From Clostridiales bacterium (GTDB lineage Bacteria; Bacillota; Clostridia; Lachnospirales; JAQSXR01), in NCBI GenBank assembly GCA_029256575.1, contig JAQSXR010000002.1, positions 72,272 to 136,271 of the forward strand: a DNA stretch of 64,000 nucleotides, written 5' to 3'. The notes beneath the pieces are model-generated. The model was given only the letters and a program-made list of their open reading frames with translations. It was not told where the DNA came from and did no database searches. Made by a program: the position numbers and the translations under genes. Of the stretch, positions 29,844 through 38,579 are shown piece by piece (position 1 is the stretch's first letter; the number at the start of each line of letters is the position of its first letter).

Positions 29844-31301
29844 TCACTTTAATTCTTTCATCAATAAAATCTTTATTACTTGAGCTACTTCCGCTCTTGT
29901 TAATGTATCTTGTGGTGCAAATTTATTGTTCCATTTTCCTGCTATGATTCCTAATTGTCGCATCTTACTAGCAGCTGTTTTTGCATAATCCGATATCTCA
30001 GCCTCATCAGTAAAACTAGTTTCGCAATATGTTAACTTAAGCTTAGCTACATTTTCTAAATATTTAGTTAGCATTACAGCCATTTCCTCTCTCTTTATTT
30101 CACTAGTTGGAGAGAACTTTCCATCGTTTCCTAAGATAATCTTATTTACTTTTCCCCAACTTGATGCTTTTAAATACCAAGCTGTTGCTGGTACATCACT
30201 AAAATGTAATGAACTATATTTATTTAAGTCAGCTCCTGATAATTTAGCAAGCATCATAATAAATTCTGCTCTTGTTATCACTTTTGTTGGATCATATGTT
30301 GTTGCTGAAGTCCCTACTGTGATTCTGTGTTCGGCTAATAAATATACTGCATTTGTATACCAGTTTGGTATTGGAACATCTACAAATCCAATATTAGCTA
30401 CTTCATATGCGATTGTGAAATAGCTAAAATGTATAGTTGTAAAAGTGACATACTTCGTTTCCAAATCATATCTAGCATTATCCACTACTTCTAACTCATT
30501 TTTAGAATTTATATAGTAAATAATAATGTTGTAAGGTTTTTCACCACTCTTAAGTTCATATGGTAGACTTACCATTACTTTGCCACCATTGAATTGTGAT
30601 ATCGTTTTGTCGCCAGAAGTAATTTTTAGATCATATATTGGTTTATCTTTTATTACTTTTTGTAAATCTGCATTTAATTTATCAACCTTATCAATATGAA
30701 ATGTTACTTCTTTTCCACCTTCTGTAACTATAGTTCGTAATATATTATGCTCGAATGTGATGTTTCCGATTGGTGTTGATATTTTCAAAGTCTTAACTTC
30801 GCTATTCACGATTGCAGCTAGAGCGGTAGTTGGGATCGTTAGTTCAATTTCATGGAGTAAAATATTATTATCTACTGAAATGCAAATATCTACTTCACCT
30901 ATAGGAGCATCTTGGGTTACATCAACATAAGCCTTCGCACCTTCTGCTAATGCTATTTCAATCGCTTTATTCACAATTGCATCATCAAGCTTAACACAGA
31001 CTTTATTACCATCGATAATTGAAGTTATAAATTTATACCGAACAGAGAACCTTTCAGTATCACCCTCCTCAATTAAATTTGTTTCATATGATGGTGTATT
31101 TGAAGGATTTGATGGTGTTGGCTCAGTTGCTCCTTCATTTACATATGAATCAAAATACTCTGTGGGGAATAGTTCATATGTATTTATTAATTCCGCTTTT
31201 GTTTTAACAGCAGGAATCATTCCTATTGATACTATTACTGCAATTATTAATGATACTGTTCTTTTTACATCTTTTTGTCCACTTCTTTTTCTCCTGTTCA
31301 T
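29844..31301 (-). CDS. SLH-domain S-layer-associated protein, paralogous to the C-terminus of the giant protein
   Basis: Signal peptide and three C-terminal SLH repeats. About 375 aa are colinear with the C-terminus of the 2285-aa protein. The start is moved to MNRRKR, which follows GGAGGAGG and matches the homologous 5' region of the paralogue. Confidence 0.85.
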   Translation of the reverse strand: MNRRKRSGQKDVKRTVSLIIAVIVSIGMIPAVKTKAELINTYELFPTEYFDSYVNEGATEPTPSNPSNTPSYETNLIEEGDTERFSVRYKFITSIIDGNKVCVKLDDAIVNKAIEIALAEGAKAYVDVTQDAPIGEVDICISVDNNILLHEIELTIPTTALAAIVNSEVKTLKISTPIGNITFEHNILRTIVTEGGKEVTFHIDKVDKLNADLQKVIKDKPIYDLKITSGDKTISQFNGGKVMVSLPYELKSGEKPYNIIIYYINSKNELEVVDNARYDLETKYVTFTTIHFSYFTIAYEVANIGFVDVPIPNWYTNAVYLLAEHRITVGTSATTYDPTKVITRAEFIMMLAKLSGADLNKYSSLHFSDVPATAWYLKASSWGKVNKIILGNDGKFSPTSEIKREEMAVMLTKYLENVAKLKLTYCETSFTDEAEISDYAKTAASKMRQLGIIAGKWNNKFAPQDTLTRAEVAQVIKILLMKELK

Positions 31302-31678
31302 TCTATACACTTCCTCCTCCATACTTTTTTAACTACATTACTACTTTTAAGTATGTTTGTATGTTTATCACATTTTTAACATATACAATAAATAAGAAAT
31401 AGCTCTTAACTTTCTCCTCCTTTAGTAGTTTTTCCTTAATAATTGCATAGGGAAAACTATCTCTTTATACTATTAATTATATCCATACTTTGTACTAAAT
31501 ATGATTATTGGAAATAATTTGGTAGTTATGTTGCTTGTTCACTTTCGTTTCAATTAGTGAGCATCAAATTATATATATAAAAATAAATAAATTATATTAA
31601 ATTATTAATTATTTTTGGTATTCTAACCAAGCCACCTTAATATTATAAAGTGTAAAGATTATTGGGAGGCATTATATT

Positions 31679-31882
31679 ATGAACGAAATTTCATCAACAA
31701 ATTGTTGTAACTCTGGAAACAATAGCTGTATCTGGATCATCATCTTATTACTTTGCTGTTGTGGCGGCGGTAACGGTGGATTCGGTGGATTCGGTGGCGA
31801 CGATGGCGGTAGCTGTATCTGGATAATTATCCTTTTACTTTGCTGTGGTGGCAACGGATTCGGTGGCGGCGGATGCTGCTAA
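31679..31882 (+). CDS. Cys/Gly-rich tiny hydrophobic protein, YjcZ-like (tiny-TM sporulation protein type), internally duplicated
   Basis: SD GGGAGG lies 9 nt upstream of the ATG, and a terminator follows the stop directly. The peptide contains SCIWIIILLLCC(C)GG..NG.FGG twice. Confidence 0.6.
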   Translation: MNEISSTNCCNSGNNSCIWIIILLLCCCGGGNGGFGGFGGDDGGSCIWIIILLLCCGGNGFGGGGCC

Positions 31883-31884
31883 AA

Positions 31885-31912
31885 AAGATGACCCGAAAGG
31901 GTCTCTTTTTTT
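31885..31912. terminator. Bidirectional intrinsic terminator
   Basis: gaccc-gaaa-gggtc core stem flanked by an A6 run and a T7 run, between convergent genes. Confidence 0.75.
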
Positions 31913-32318
31913 ATTTTAATGATGAAGCAATTAACATCAATAATTCTAACTGAGTAAGCTTTTCATTATTAATAGTTGAATCATTATTATTAGTTAAGTC
32001 ATTATTATTAGTTGAGATATTGTTATCCTTATCAAGGTCATTTTGAGAAGCTACATAAACACTTTCTTCATCTTCATGTAAAGTAGGATTTTTGATTCCA
32101 CCACCTTCTGATACTATATTTTCATAAACTCTTACATCATTAACTATGTTTGCAATTTTTTCTATTTGCTTTTGACTCCTCTTATTCAAATACGGTTTTA
32201 CAGCTTTAAGAAAATTAATTTCCCGAGGAGGTGCTTTTTCTATATTTTCTCTTATCTCTTGAATTGCAATCTTTAGAAAATCATTCATCTGAGTTTCTTT
32301 CTTATTATTTTCATCCAT
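31911..32318 (-). CDS. Hypothetical protein with an Asn-rich low-complexity tail
   Basis: The start is moved to MDENNKK, which follows GGGGGGAG. It contains the helix motif LKAVKPYLNKRSQKQIEKIANIV, shared with the neighbouring genes. Confidence 0.55.
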   Translation of the reverse strand: MDENNKKETQMNDFLKIAIQEIRENIEKAPPREINFLKAVKPYLNKRSQKQIEKIANIVNDVRVYENIVSEGGGIKNPTLHEDEESVYVASQNDLDKDNNISTNNNDLTNNNDSTINNEKLTQLELLMLIASSLK

Positions 32319-32438
32319 ATTCTCCCCCCCTTGTGTTTTTATACATATATTATATGATAACGTCTTAATAAAAATTGTCATTTTATTATTAAATTACTCA
32401 TACATTATACAAAGCTATAATGGGAGGGTAAGGTATAG

Positions 32439-33053
32439 ATGGAAACAAATAATCCAAATAAAACACAACAACGAACACAAAAAGAATCATCATTATCAAC
32501 ACAAAGTCTTCAGATAATAAAACAGTCATTACCTTTTTTAGATATTTCATCGCAGAGACAATTGTCTATGCTAATAAAAGTTATTGAATTCAAAAACACA
32601 ATGAAATCCTTTTCAAATAACAGTATGTTTTCTCTTTTACAAGCGCAAGATTCCAATACATCAGGATCTTCTGCACCACAAAACAACAAATCGCTTATGG
32701 ATATCTTTTCATTGATGAATTCAGGGTTATTTAATGGTGGCGGCAAACCTGGAATGGGTGGAAACGCTTCTAATAGTATGTTACCAAATATGATGATGTT
32801 ACTTAACATGATGTCAGGAATGAATCAACCCGTTAATAATTCAAATACATCTTCTCAAATGCAAAAGCCTCCTGACCTTAACGGATTATTATCAACATTT
32901 AAAACCACATTGCCAGATGATCAAAAAAATATGTTCGATATGTTTAGTACTTTAATGCAAGCAAATTCTATTCAAGAAAGGAATAGTGCCAATAATGAGA
33001 ATGTTCAACAACAATCAACGTCCAACACAGGCTCAGACACCAAAGACAAATAA
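32439..33053 (+). CDS. Hypothetical N/S/M/Q-rich low-complexity protein
   Basis: SD GGGAGGG is present. Motifs LQIIKQSLPFLDISSQRQL and DDQKNMFDMFSTLMQ are shared with the flanking genes. Confidence 0.55.
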   Translation: METNNPNKTQQRTQKESSLSTQSLQIIKQSLPFLDISSQRQLSMLIKVIEFKNTMKSFSNNSMFSLLQAQDSNTSGSSAPQNNKSLMDIFSLMNSGLFNGGGKPGMGGNASNSMLPNMMMLLNMMSGMNQPVNNSNTSSQMQKPPDLNGLLSTFKTTLPDDQKNMFDMFSTLMQANSIQERNSANNENVQQQSTSNTGSDTKDK

Positions 33054-33846
33054 TTCTCAAGGAAACTCTCCGACGAACAAAATGAAACCAAGTTCTCAAG
33101 TCAATACTCCAAAAAATACTACACAAAACCAAAACCCGAATGTTGCTAAGAATCCTCTTCAAAGGGGAACATCTCCATTTGGAATCAATAATAACGTAAA
33201 CGCGAAATCACCTACACAAAATAATAACAAAAATAGTAATTCGACTCAGAATACTAGAAATGGCAATGTTAATCAAAGTAATAGAAATAGTAATGTTAAT
33301 CAAAGTAATAATACTCGAACAAATACAAACACCCAGGTTAACCAAAGAGCAAATACGAGACAACAAACCCAATCGAATAAAAAGGGAAATGATCCAGCTT
33401 CCACCCAACAAGCGGTATCGCAAATCATTAAAAATGTAATAAATACAAAGCAATATACAAATGCACCAGCTACCAATTATTCACACCCTGTTCAACCAAC
33501 AGTACAAAACAATAAATCGGGAGGTAATTCAAATATGAATAATAATACGTCTGCAAGTTCATCTGATATAAATAAAGCGTCAGTATTCGATAATCCTGTT
33601 TTCAAGGGAATTGAACCTGCTAAAATGGCATTTATAAAAGACATGATTTCTGAGATGGAAGGGAAAAAACAAGAAGCAAAACCTCAATTATTAATGACTT
33701 ATGTAATGAGAATGAGGAAAGAGGGATTCTCTTTTACCCCAGAAGAATTAGGCGCAGTAACCGCAGCTTTACGCCCTACTATGTCTGATGAAGAAAACAA
33801 GCAATTTGATAACTTTACAACATTAATGAAAAATATGTACCGATAA
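32995..33846 (+). CDS. Hypothetical N/Q/T-rich low-complexity protein with a conserved C-terminal helical module
   Basis: The ORF overlaps the previous gene out of frame. The C-terminus carries MAFIKDMISEMEG...DEENKQFDNFTTLMK. The start is ambiguous: GTG 32986, ATG 32995 or ATG 33001. Confidence 0.5.
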   Translation: MRMFNNNQRPTQAQTPKTNNSQGNSPTNKMKPSSQVNTPKNTTQNQNPNVAKNPLQRGTSPFGINNNVNAKSPTQNNNKNSNSTQNTRNGNVNQSNRNSNVNQSNNTRTNTNTQVNQRANTRQQTQSNKKGNDPASTQQAVSQIIKNVINTKQYTNAPATNYSHPVQPTVQNNKSGGNSNMNNNTSASSSDINKASVFDNPVFKGIEPAKMAFIKDMISEMEGKKQEAKPQLLMTYVMRMRKEGFSFTPEELGAVTAALRPTMSDEENKQFDNFTTLMKNMYR

Positions 33847-33911
33847 ATCATTGTTCAACTTTTCTCCTTGAGAAGTTAAATTAAATTTATACACAAGCGT
33901 TAACTAAAAAA

Positions 33912-33966
33912 AGTAAGATTGGCGTGTTTTTATTATAAACACAAACCAATCTTACTATTTTTTTCT
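33912..33966 (+). terminator. Intrinsic terminator
   Basis: agtaagattgg...ccaatcttact forms a long stem followed by a T-run. Confidence 0.75.
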
Positions 33967-34054
33967 TTTCTAGAAATAACATCTCTTTTAATAAATTCAT
34001 ATAAAATATTTTATATTGAATCATATCAAATATTTTATATGAATATTTTACTAT

Positions 34055-34139
34055 CTTAATTCTCTTCTACATCAGCTATATTCTTCCATTACTTTCTTAA
34101 TTCTCTTCTACATCAGCTTTATATTCTTCCATTACTTTC
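34055..34139. repeat. Tandem direct duplication (41/42 bp) of the EF-G-paralogue 3' end
   Basis: ttaattctcttctacatcagct(a/tt)tattcttccattactttc occurs twice in tandem. One copy encodes the last 13 codons plus the stop; the other lies just downstream. Coordinates are +/-1. Confidence 0.8.
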
Positions 34140-36190
34140 TTTTGTACATCAGATGGTGCTTGTTCATATCGATCAAATTTGTAAGTATATTCTCCTCTTC
34201 CTCCTGTCATAGAACGAAGGTCTGTCGTATATCCAAACATTTCTGACATTGGTACTTCTGCAATTATCTCAAGTTTTTCTTTAATCGGATTCATTCCCAA
34301 AATTCTACCGCGGCGCTTATTTAAGTCACCCATTGCATCACCTGTGTATTTATCCGAATTAGGAACCGTTACTTTTACAATCGCGATTGGTTCAAGTAGG
34401 ACTGGATTTGCCTCTAAGAAACCCTTCTTAAAAGCATTCGTTGTAGCCATCTTGAATGCCATTTCTGAGGAGTCAACCGCATGATATGATCCATCTGTTA
34501 GTGTAGCTTTAATACCAACAACTGGGAAACCAGCTAGAGGACCCTTTAGAACACAATCTTGAATTCCTTTTTCTACAGCTGGGAAATAGTTTCTTGGAAC
34601 TGCACCACCTACTACTTTTTCCTCAAATACATAAGGAGTTGCTAAGTCACCTGATGGTTCAAAATCCATATGAACATCACCGTATTGGCCATGACCTCCT
34701 GATTGCTTTTTATGTTTACCTTGTACAGATACTTTTTTCTTTATCGTTTCTCTATATGCAAATTTAGGTCTGCTTAGTTCAATTTCAACTTTATATCGAT
34801 TAAGAAGTTTATTAACAACAACTTCTAAATGTTGATCTCCAATAGCATAAAGTAATGTTTGTCTATTTTCTTTATCATTAACATATCGAACTGTTTTATC
34901 TTCATCCATAATCTTTGTAAGACCTTGTGCTACTTTATCTTCGTCGCCTTTAGTCTTAGTATTAAAAGCCATTCCTGTTAGTGCTTCTGGGAACTCAATT
35001 GCATCAAAAACAACTGGATTTGCTTTCGTTGAAAGCGTATCACATGTTGAAGTATTAAATAGCTTTGCAACTGCTCCAATATCACCAGCATGCAATTCTT
35101 TTAATTCTATTTGTTCTTTGCCTCTTAATGTGTATATTTTTCCAATTCTTTCTTCCATATCCTTATTGGCATTATATACTGTCATATCAGGTCTCAAAAT
35201 TCCAGAACAAATTTTCATTAAAGAGAACTTTCCAATGAAAGGATCCACTATAGTTTTAAATACATACGCAGATAAAGGCTCTTTATCTTCATAATTTACA
35301 ATAATATTCTTATTTGAGATTGGATTATTTCCTTCTAGTTTTAAAGATTTTCTTTTTGGAGATGGCATATATTTTTCAATTGATTGTAACAAAATAGCTA
35401 CCCCTAATGTGTTAACGCCCGATCCACATTGAACAGGGACAATTTCACCTTCAACAACACCGTTTCTTAGCCCTTGTGATATTTCATCATATGTGAATTC
35501 AGTACCTTCAAAAAACTTTTCCATTAATTCTTCACTTGATTCTGCAACTGCTTCCAATATCATTGCTCTCATAGGATCAAGATCATCCCTTACAGAATCC
35601 GGTATATCACAATCAACAATAGTTCCGTCTTTATTAAATCTTCTTCCGCCCATTTTAACTGCATTAATAAAGCCTACAAACTTATCATTTTCTCTAATTG
35701 GAACATGAAACGGAGCTATTTTTTTACCATAGAGTTTCTTTAATTTCTCTACGATTTCCATATAATTAGCATTTTCATCATCCATATCTGTAACAAATAT
35801 TATTCTTGGAATATTATTTTCCTCGCAATAATCCCAAGCCTTTTTTACTCCTACTTCAACGCCTGCCTTTCCTGATATTACTATTACCGCACCGTCTGCC
35901 ACACTTAATGCCTCTGTTACTTCACCAATAAAATCAAAATATCCTGGAGTGTCTAAAATATTAATCTTACAGTCTTCATATTCAATAGGAATAAGAGCTG
36001 TACTAATAGAGAATAACCTTTTCGTTTCTTCTTTGTCATAGTCACTGATAGTATTTCCGTCTTCGACTCTACCAAGTCTTTTTATTCCGCCTGTTACAAA
36101 TGACATTGCTTCGGCCAATGTAGTCTTTCCAGCACCACCATGACCTAGTAAAATTATGTTTCTTACTTGCTCTGTTTGATAGACATTCAT
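34097..36190 (-). CDS. Elongation factor G paralogue (EF-G II-like translational GTPase)
   Basis: P-loop GHGGAGKTT, DTPG, and domains II-V colinear with EF-G. 697 aa. The gene stands alone, outside an rpsL-rpsG context. The G4 motif reads TDMD rather than NKxD. Confidence 0.85.
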   Translation of the reverse strand: MNVYQTEQVRNIILLGHGGAGKTTLAEAMSFVTGGIKRLGRVEDGNTISDYDKEETKRLFSISTALIPIEYEDCKINILDTPGYFDFIGEVTEALSVADGAVIVISGKAGVEVGVKKAWDYCEENNIPRIIFVTDMDDENANYMEIVEKLKKLYGKKIAPFHVPIRENDKFVGFINAVKMGGRRFNKDGTIVDCDIPDSVRDDLDPMRAMILEAVAESSEELMEKFFEGTEFTYDEISQGLRNGVVEGEIVPVQCGSGVNTLGVAILLQSIEKYMPSPKRKSLKLEGNNPISNKNIIVNYEDKEPLSAYVFKTIVDPFIGKFSLMKICSGILRPDMTVYNANKDMEERIGKIYTLRGKEQIELKELHAGDIGAVAKLFNTSTCDTLSTKANPVVFDAIEFPEALTGMAFNTKTKGDEDKVAQGLTKIMDEDKTVRYVNDKENRQTLLYAIGDQHLEVVVNKLLNRYKVEIELSRPKFAYRETIKKKVSVQGKHKKQSGGHGQYGDVHMDFEPSGDLATPYVFEEKVVGGAVPRNYFPAVEKGIQDCVLKGPLAGFPVVGIKATLTDGSYHAVDSSEMAFKMATTNAFKKGFLEANPVLLEPIAIVKVTVPNSDKYTGDAMGDLNKRRGRILGMNPIKEKLEIIAEVPMSEMFGYTTDLRSMTGGRGEYTYKFDRYEQAPSDVQKKVMEEYKADVEEN

Positions 36191-36402
36191 AAAAATCCCC
36201 CAATCCAGAATCTGCGTAGCAAATTCTATTTAATTTTCTTAGGCTACTATAAACTGTCAATAATCATTTTACTGACAAGCAGCTAATATAAGTATATAAG
36301 TGTTACTTATAGTAATATTTTACTAAATTTCTCGCAACTCTACAAGCCCTTTATGCTAATTATACAAATATTTATTATTTCGCACTTGAACGCTTTAAAG
36401 CA

Positions 36403-36431
36403 TTGACACGTTCAAGCAAACCAGTTATACT
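36403..36431 (+). promoter_or_regulatory. Sigma-A-type promoter for aroF-tyrA
   Basis: TTGACA (36403-36408), a 17-nt spacer, then TATACT (36426-36431). Confidence 0.6.
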
Positions 36432-36524
36432 ATTATTAACGAAGAAAAGGGATATTTATATAAAAATAAAGCGATAATCCCTACCCACTTGTAAATACTA
36501 TAAAAAATATTGGAGGAAATATAT

Positions 36525-37538
36525 ATGATAATTGTTATGAAACAAGGTGCAAAGGAAGCATCTATAAAAAAAGTCTTAGGAATTATTGAAACTACAGGAT
36601 TACAAACACATCTATCTATCGGTCAAGAAGTTACTATCATAGGTGTTATCGGTGATAAATCAAAGTTAACAAATTGCAATATTGAGTTATTTGATGACGT
36701 TGAGAAGATAGTCCACTTAACTGAAAGCTATAAACTTGCGAACAGAAAATTCCATCCTGAAATGTCCTCTGTTAAAGTAGGAAATCATATTATTGGACCT
36801 GACACCTTAACAATAATGGCTGGTCCTTGTGCGATAGAGAGCGAACAACAATTAATAGATACCGCTCATGCTGTAAAACGTGCTGGAGCCCAAATATTAA
36901 GAGGTGGTGCATACAAACCTCGTACTTCCCCTTATGCATTTCAAGGTCTTGAAGAAGATGGCCTTAGATATATGAAATCAGTTCGTGAAGAAACAGGTTT
37001 AGCTGTTGTTTGTGAAGTTACAAGCTTAATAGCAATTGAAGCTGCAGTAAATTATGTTGATATGCTCCAAATTGGTGCACGTAACATGCAAAACTTCTAC
37101 TTACTCAAAGAAGCTGGCAAATCTGGTTTACCAGTTCTACTAAAAAGAGGTCTTTCTGCTACAATCGATGAATGGTTAAATGCAGCTGAATATATTATTG
37201 CCGAGGGAAACCCTAATGTTATATTATGTGAACGTGGCATAAGAACTTTTGAAACAGCAACTAGAAACACCTTAGATATTAGTGCTGTTCCAGCAATAAA
37301 AGAGAAAAGTCATTTACCAATAATAATTGACCCAAGTCATGCGACTGGAGTAAGAAATTATGTTGCTCCTCTTGCGAAGGCTGGTATTGCCGCTGGTGCA
37401 GATGGGCTTATGATTGAAGTTCATCCTGATCCATCAAAAGCACTCTCTGATGGTCCTCAATCACTAAACTTTGCTCAGTTTGATAAACTAGTAAATGATT
37501 TAAAACCATACATCTCATTAGAAAGTAGGACTTTATAA
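36525..37538 (+). CDS. aroF: 3-deoxy-7-phosphoheptulonate (DAHP) synthase, class I-beta with an N-terminal regulatory domain
   Basis: IMAGPCAIES...LRGGAYKPRTSPY...KRG...IIDPSH motifs. The start is moved to the ATG after GGAGG. Confidence 0.9.
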   Translation: MIIVMKQGAKEASIKKVLGIIETTGLQTHLSIGQEVTIIGVIGDKSKLTNCNIELFDDVEKIVHLTESYKLANRKFHPEMSSVKVGNHIIGPDTLTIMAGPCAIESEQQLIDTAHAVKRAGAQILRGGAYKPRTSPYAFQGLEEDGLRYMKSVREETGLAVVCEVTSLIAIEAAVNYVDMLQIGARNMQNFYLLKEAGKSGLPVLLKRGLSATIDEWLNAAEYIIAEGNPNVILCERGIRTFETATRNTLDISAVPAIKEKSHLPIIIDPSHATGVRNYVAPLAKAGIAAGADGLMIEVHPDPSKALSDGPQSLNFAQFDKLVNDLKPYISLESRTL

Positions 37539-37539
37539 T

Positions 37540-38388
37540 ATGTCATTCAATATCGGAATTATCGGTCTTGGTTTAATTGGTGGTTCGATAGCAAAAGCAT
37601 TAAAGAAGCTAGATGGTAATAACCGAATATTCTCATATGACCAAAATCCAGACTTTACGAACAGTGCTCTCGCTGAGGGTGTAATCGATATTATATGCAC
37701 GGATCTCAAAACAGATTTATATTTATGCGAAATTATTTTTTTATGCACTCCAGTTAACACATCGATCGAAATCTTACCTCTAATAAAAGAAGGTATGAAC
37801 AATACCTGTATATTAACAGATGTAGGCAGCACCAAAAGAGAAATAGAAGCCAAAATAACCTCACTTGGTCTTCAAACTCAATTTGTCGGAGGGCATCCGA
37901 TGGCTGGTTCTGAAAATTTTGGATACTATAGTTCGCGCCATGATTTATTTAACGGCGCCTACTACATACTTATCCCAACCCCTACCGTTTCAACCGAAAA
38001 AGTAGAACTCATTAAAAAAATCGTTATTTCATTCGGTTCTACCGTTGTAACACTAGACAGCGCAACACATGACTATGCAACCGCAACAATTAGCCACCTC
38101 CCTCACATAGTTGCAGCAGGACTCGTTCATATTGTAGATGAACTACATGAAAACATTCCAATCAAGCAACTCCTAGCTGGTGGTTTCAAAGATACAACTC
38201 GAATTGCCTCATCTTCACCAGAAATGTGGCAACAAATATGCCTCAACAACAAAGACCAAATCCAGATACTCCTAACACAATACATTACAAAACTTCAAGA
38301 ATTCTCTACCATCCTTGAAGCAAACGACGCCCCCGAAATCTACAACTATTTCTCCAAAGCCAAAACCTTCCGTGACTCCATCCTATAA
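37540..38388 (+). CDS. tyrA: Prephenate dehydrogenase
   Basis: Rossmann IGIIGLGLIGGS and catalytic-region GGHPMAGSE...SHLPH. Confidence 0.9.
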   Translation: MSFNIGIIGLGLIGGSIAKALKKLDGNNRIFSYDQNPDFTNSALAEGVIDIICTDLKTDLYLCEIIFLCTPVNTSIEILPLIKEGMNNTCILTDVGSTKREIEAKITSLGLQTQFVGGHPMAGSENFGYYSSRHDLFNGAYYILIPTPTVSTEKVELIKKIVISFGSTVVTLDSATHDYATATISHLPHIVAAGLVHIVDELHENIPIKQLLAGGFKDTTRIASSSPEMWQQICLNNKDQIQILLTQYITKLQEFSTILEANDAPEIYNYFSKAKTFRDSIL

Positions 38389-38430
38389 AACACAAGGCGC
38401 GCATTATACATGTACGCCTTGTGTTTTTTA
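38389..38430 (+). terminator. Intrinsic terminator after tyrA
   Basis: acacaaggcg ... cgccttgtgt stem followed by tttttt. Confidence 0.8.
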
Positions 38431-38579
38431 TCTTGAAGATCCCCTCTTCTCTTCTATTTAGAATCTATAACATCGGGTAATTGAGGATGAATCACAATTT
38501 GGAATTTAGCCCCTGTGCTCCACTTATCCGCTGTTTTAAACTTCCTTGTAGATAGGCATCTAAAGAATGTCTAAATACC

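Noticed and set aside
31672-31854. 60-aa minus-strand proline/glutamine-rich ORF antisense to the Cys/Gly mini-protein.
   Set aside because: It is the mirror image of the GGN/TGY-rich plus-strand gene. Only the plus strand has an SD and a start, with a terminator in the correct positions.
32319-32438. Assignment of specific sigma-E/sigma-K promoters as annotated features.
   Set aside because: Only the -10-like CATA...TA elements are visible and the -35 elements are ambiguous. These are therefore kept as a hypothesis within a finding rather than as features.
36381-36418. Inverted repeat cttgaacg...cgttcaag overlapping the aroF promoter, considered as a possible operator or T-box-like leader.
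   Set aside because: It is only an 8-bp stem that overlaps the -35 element. There is no T-box sequence or terminator in the 95-nt leader, so there is not enough to call a regulatory site.
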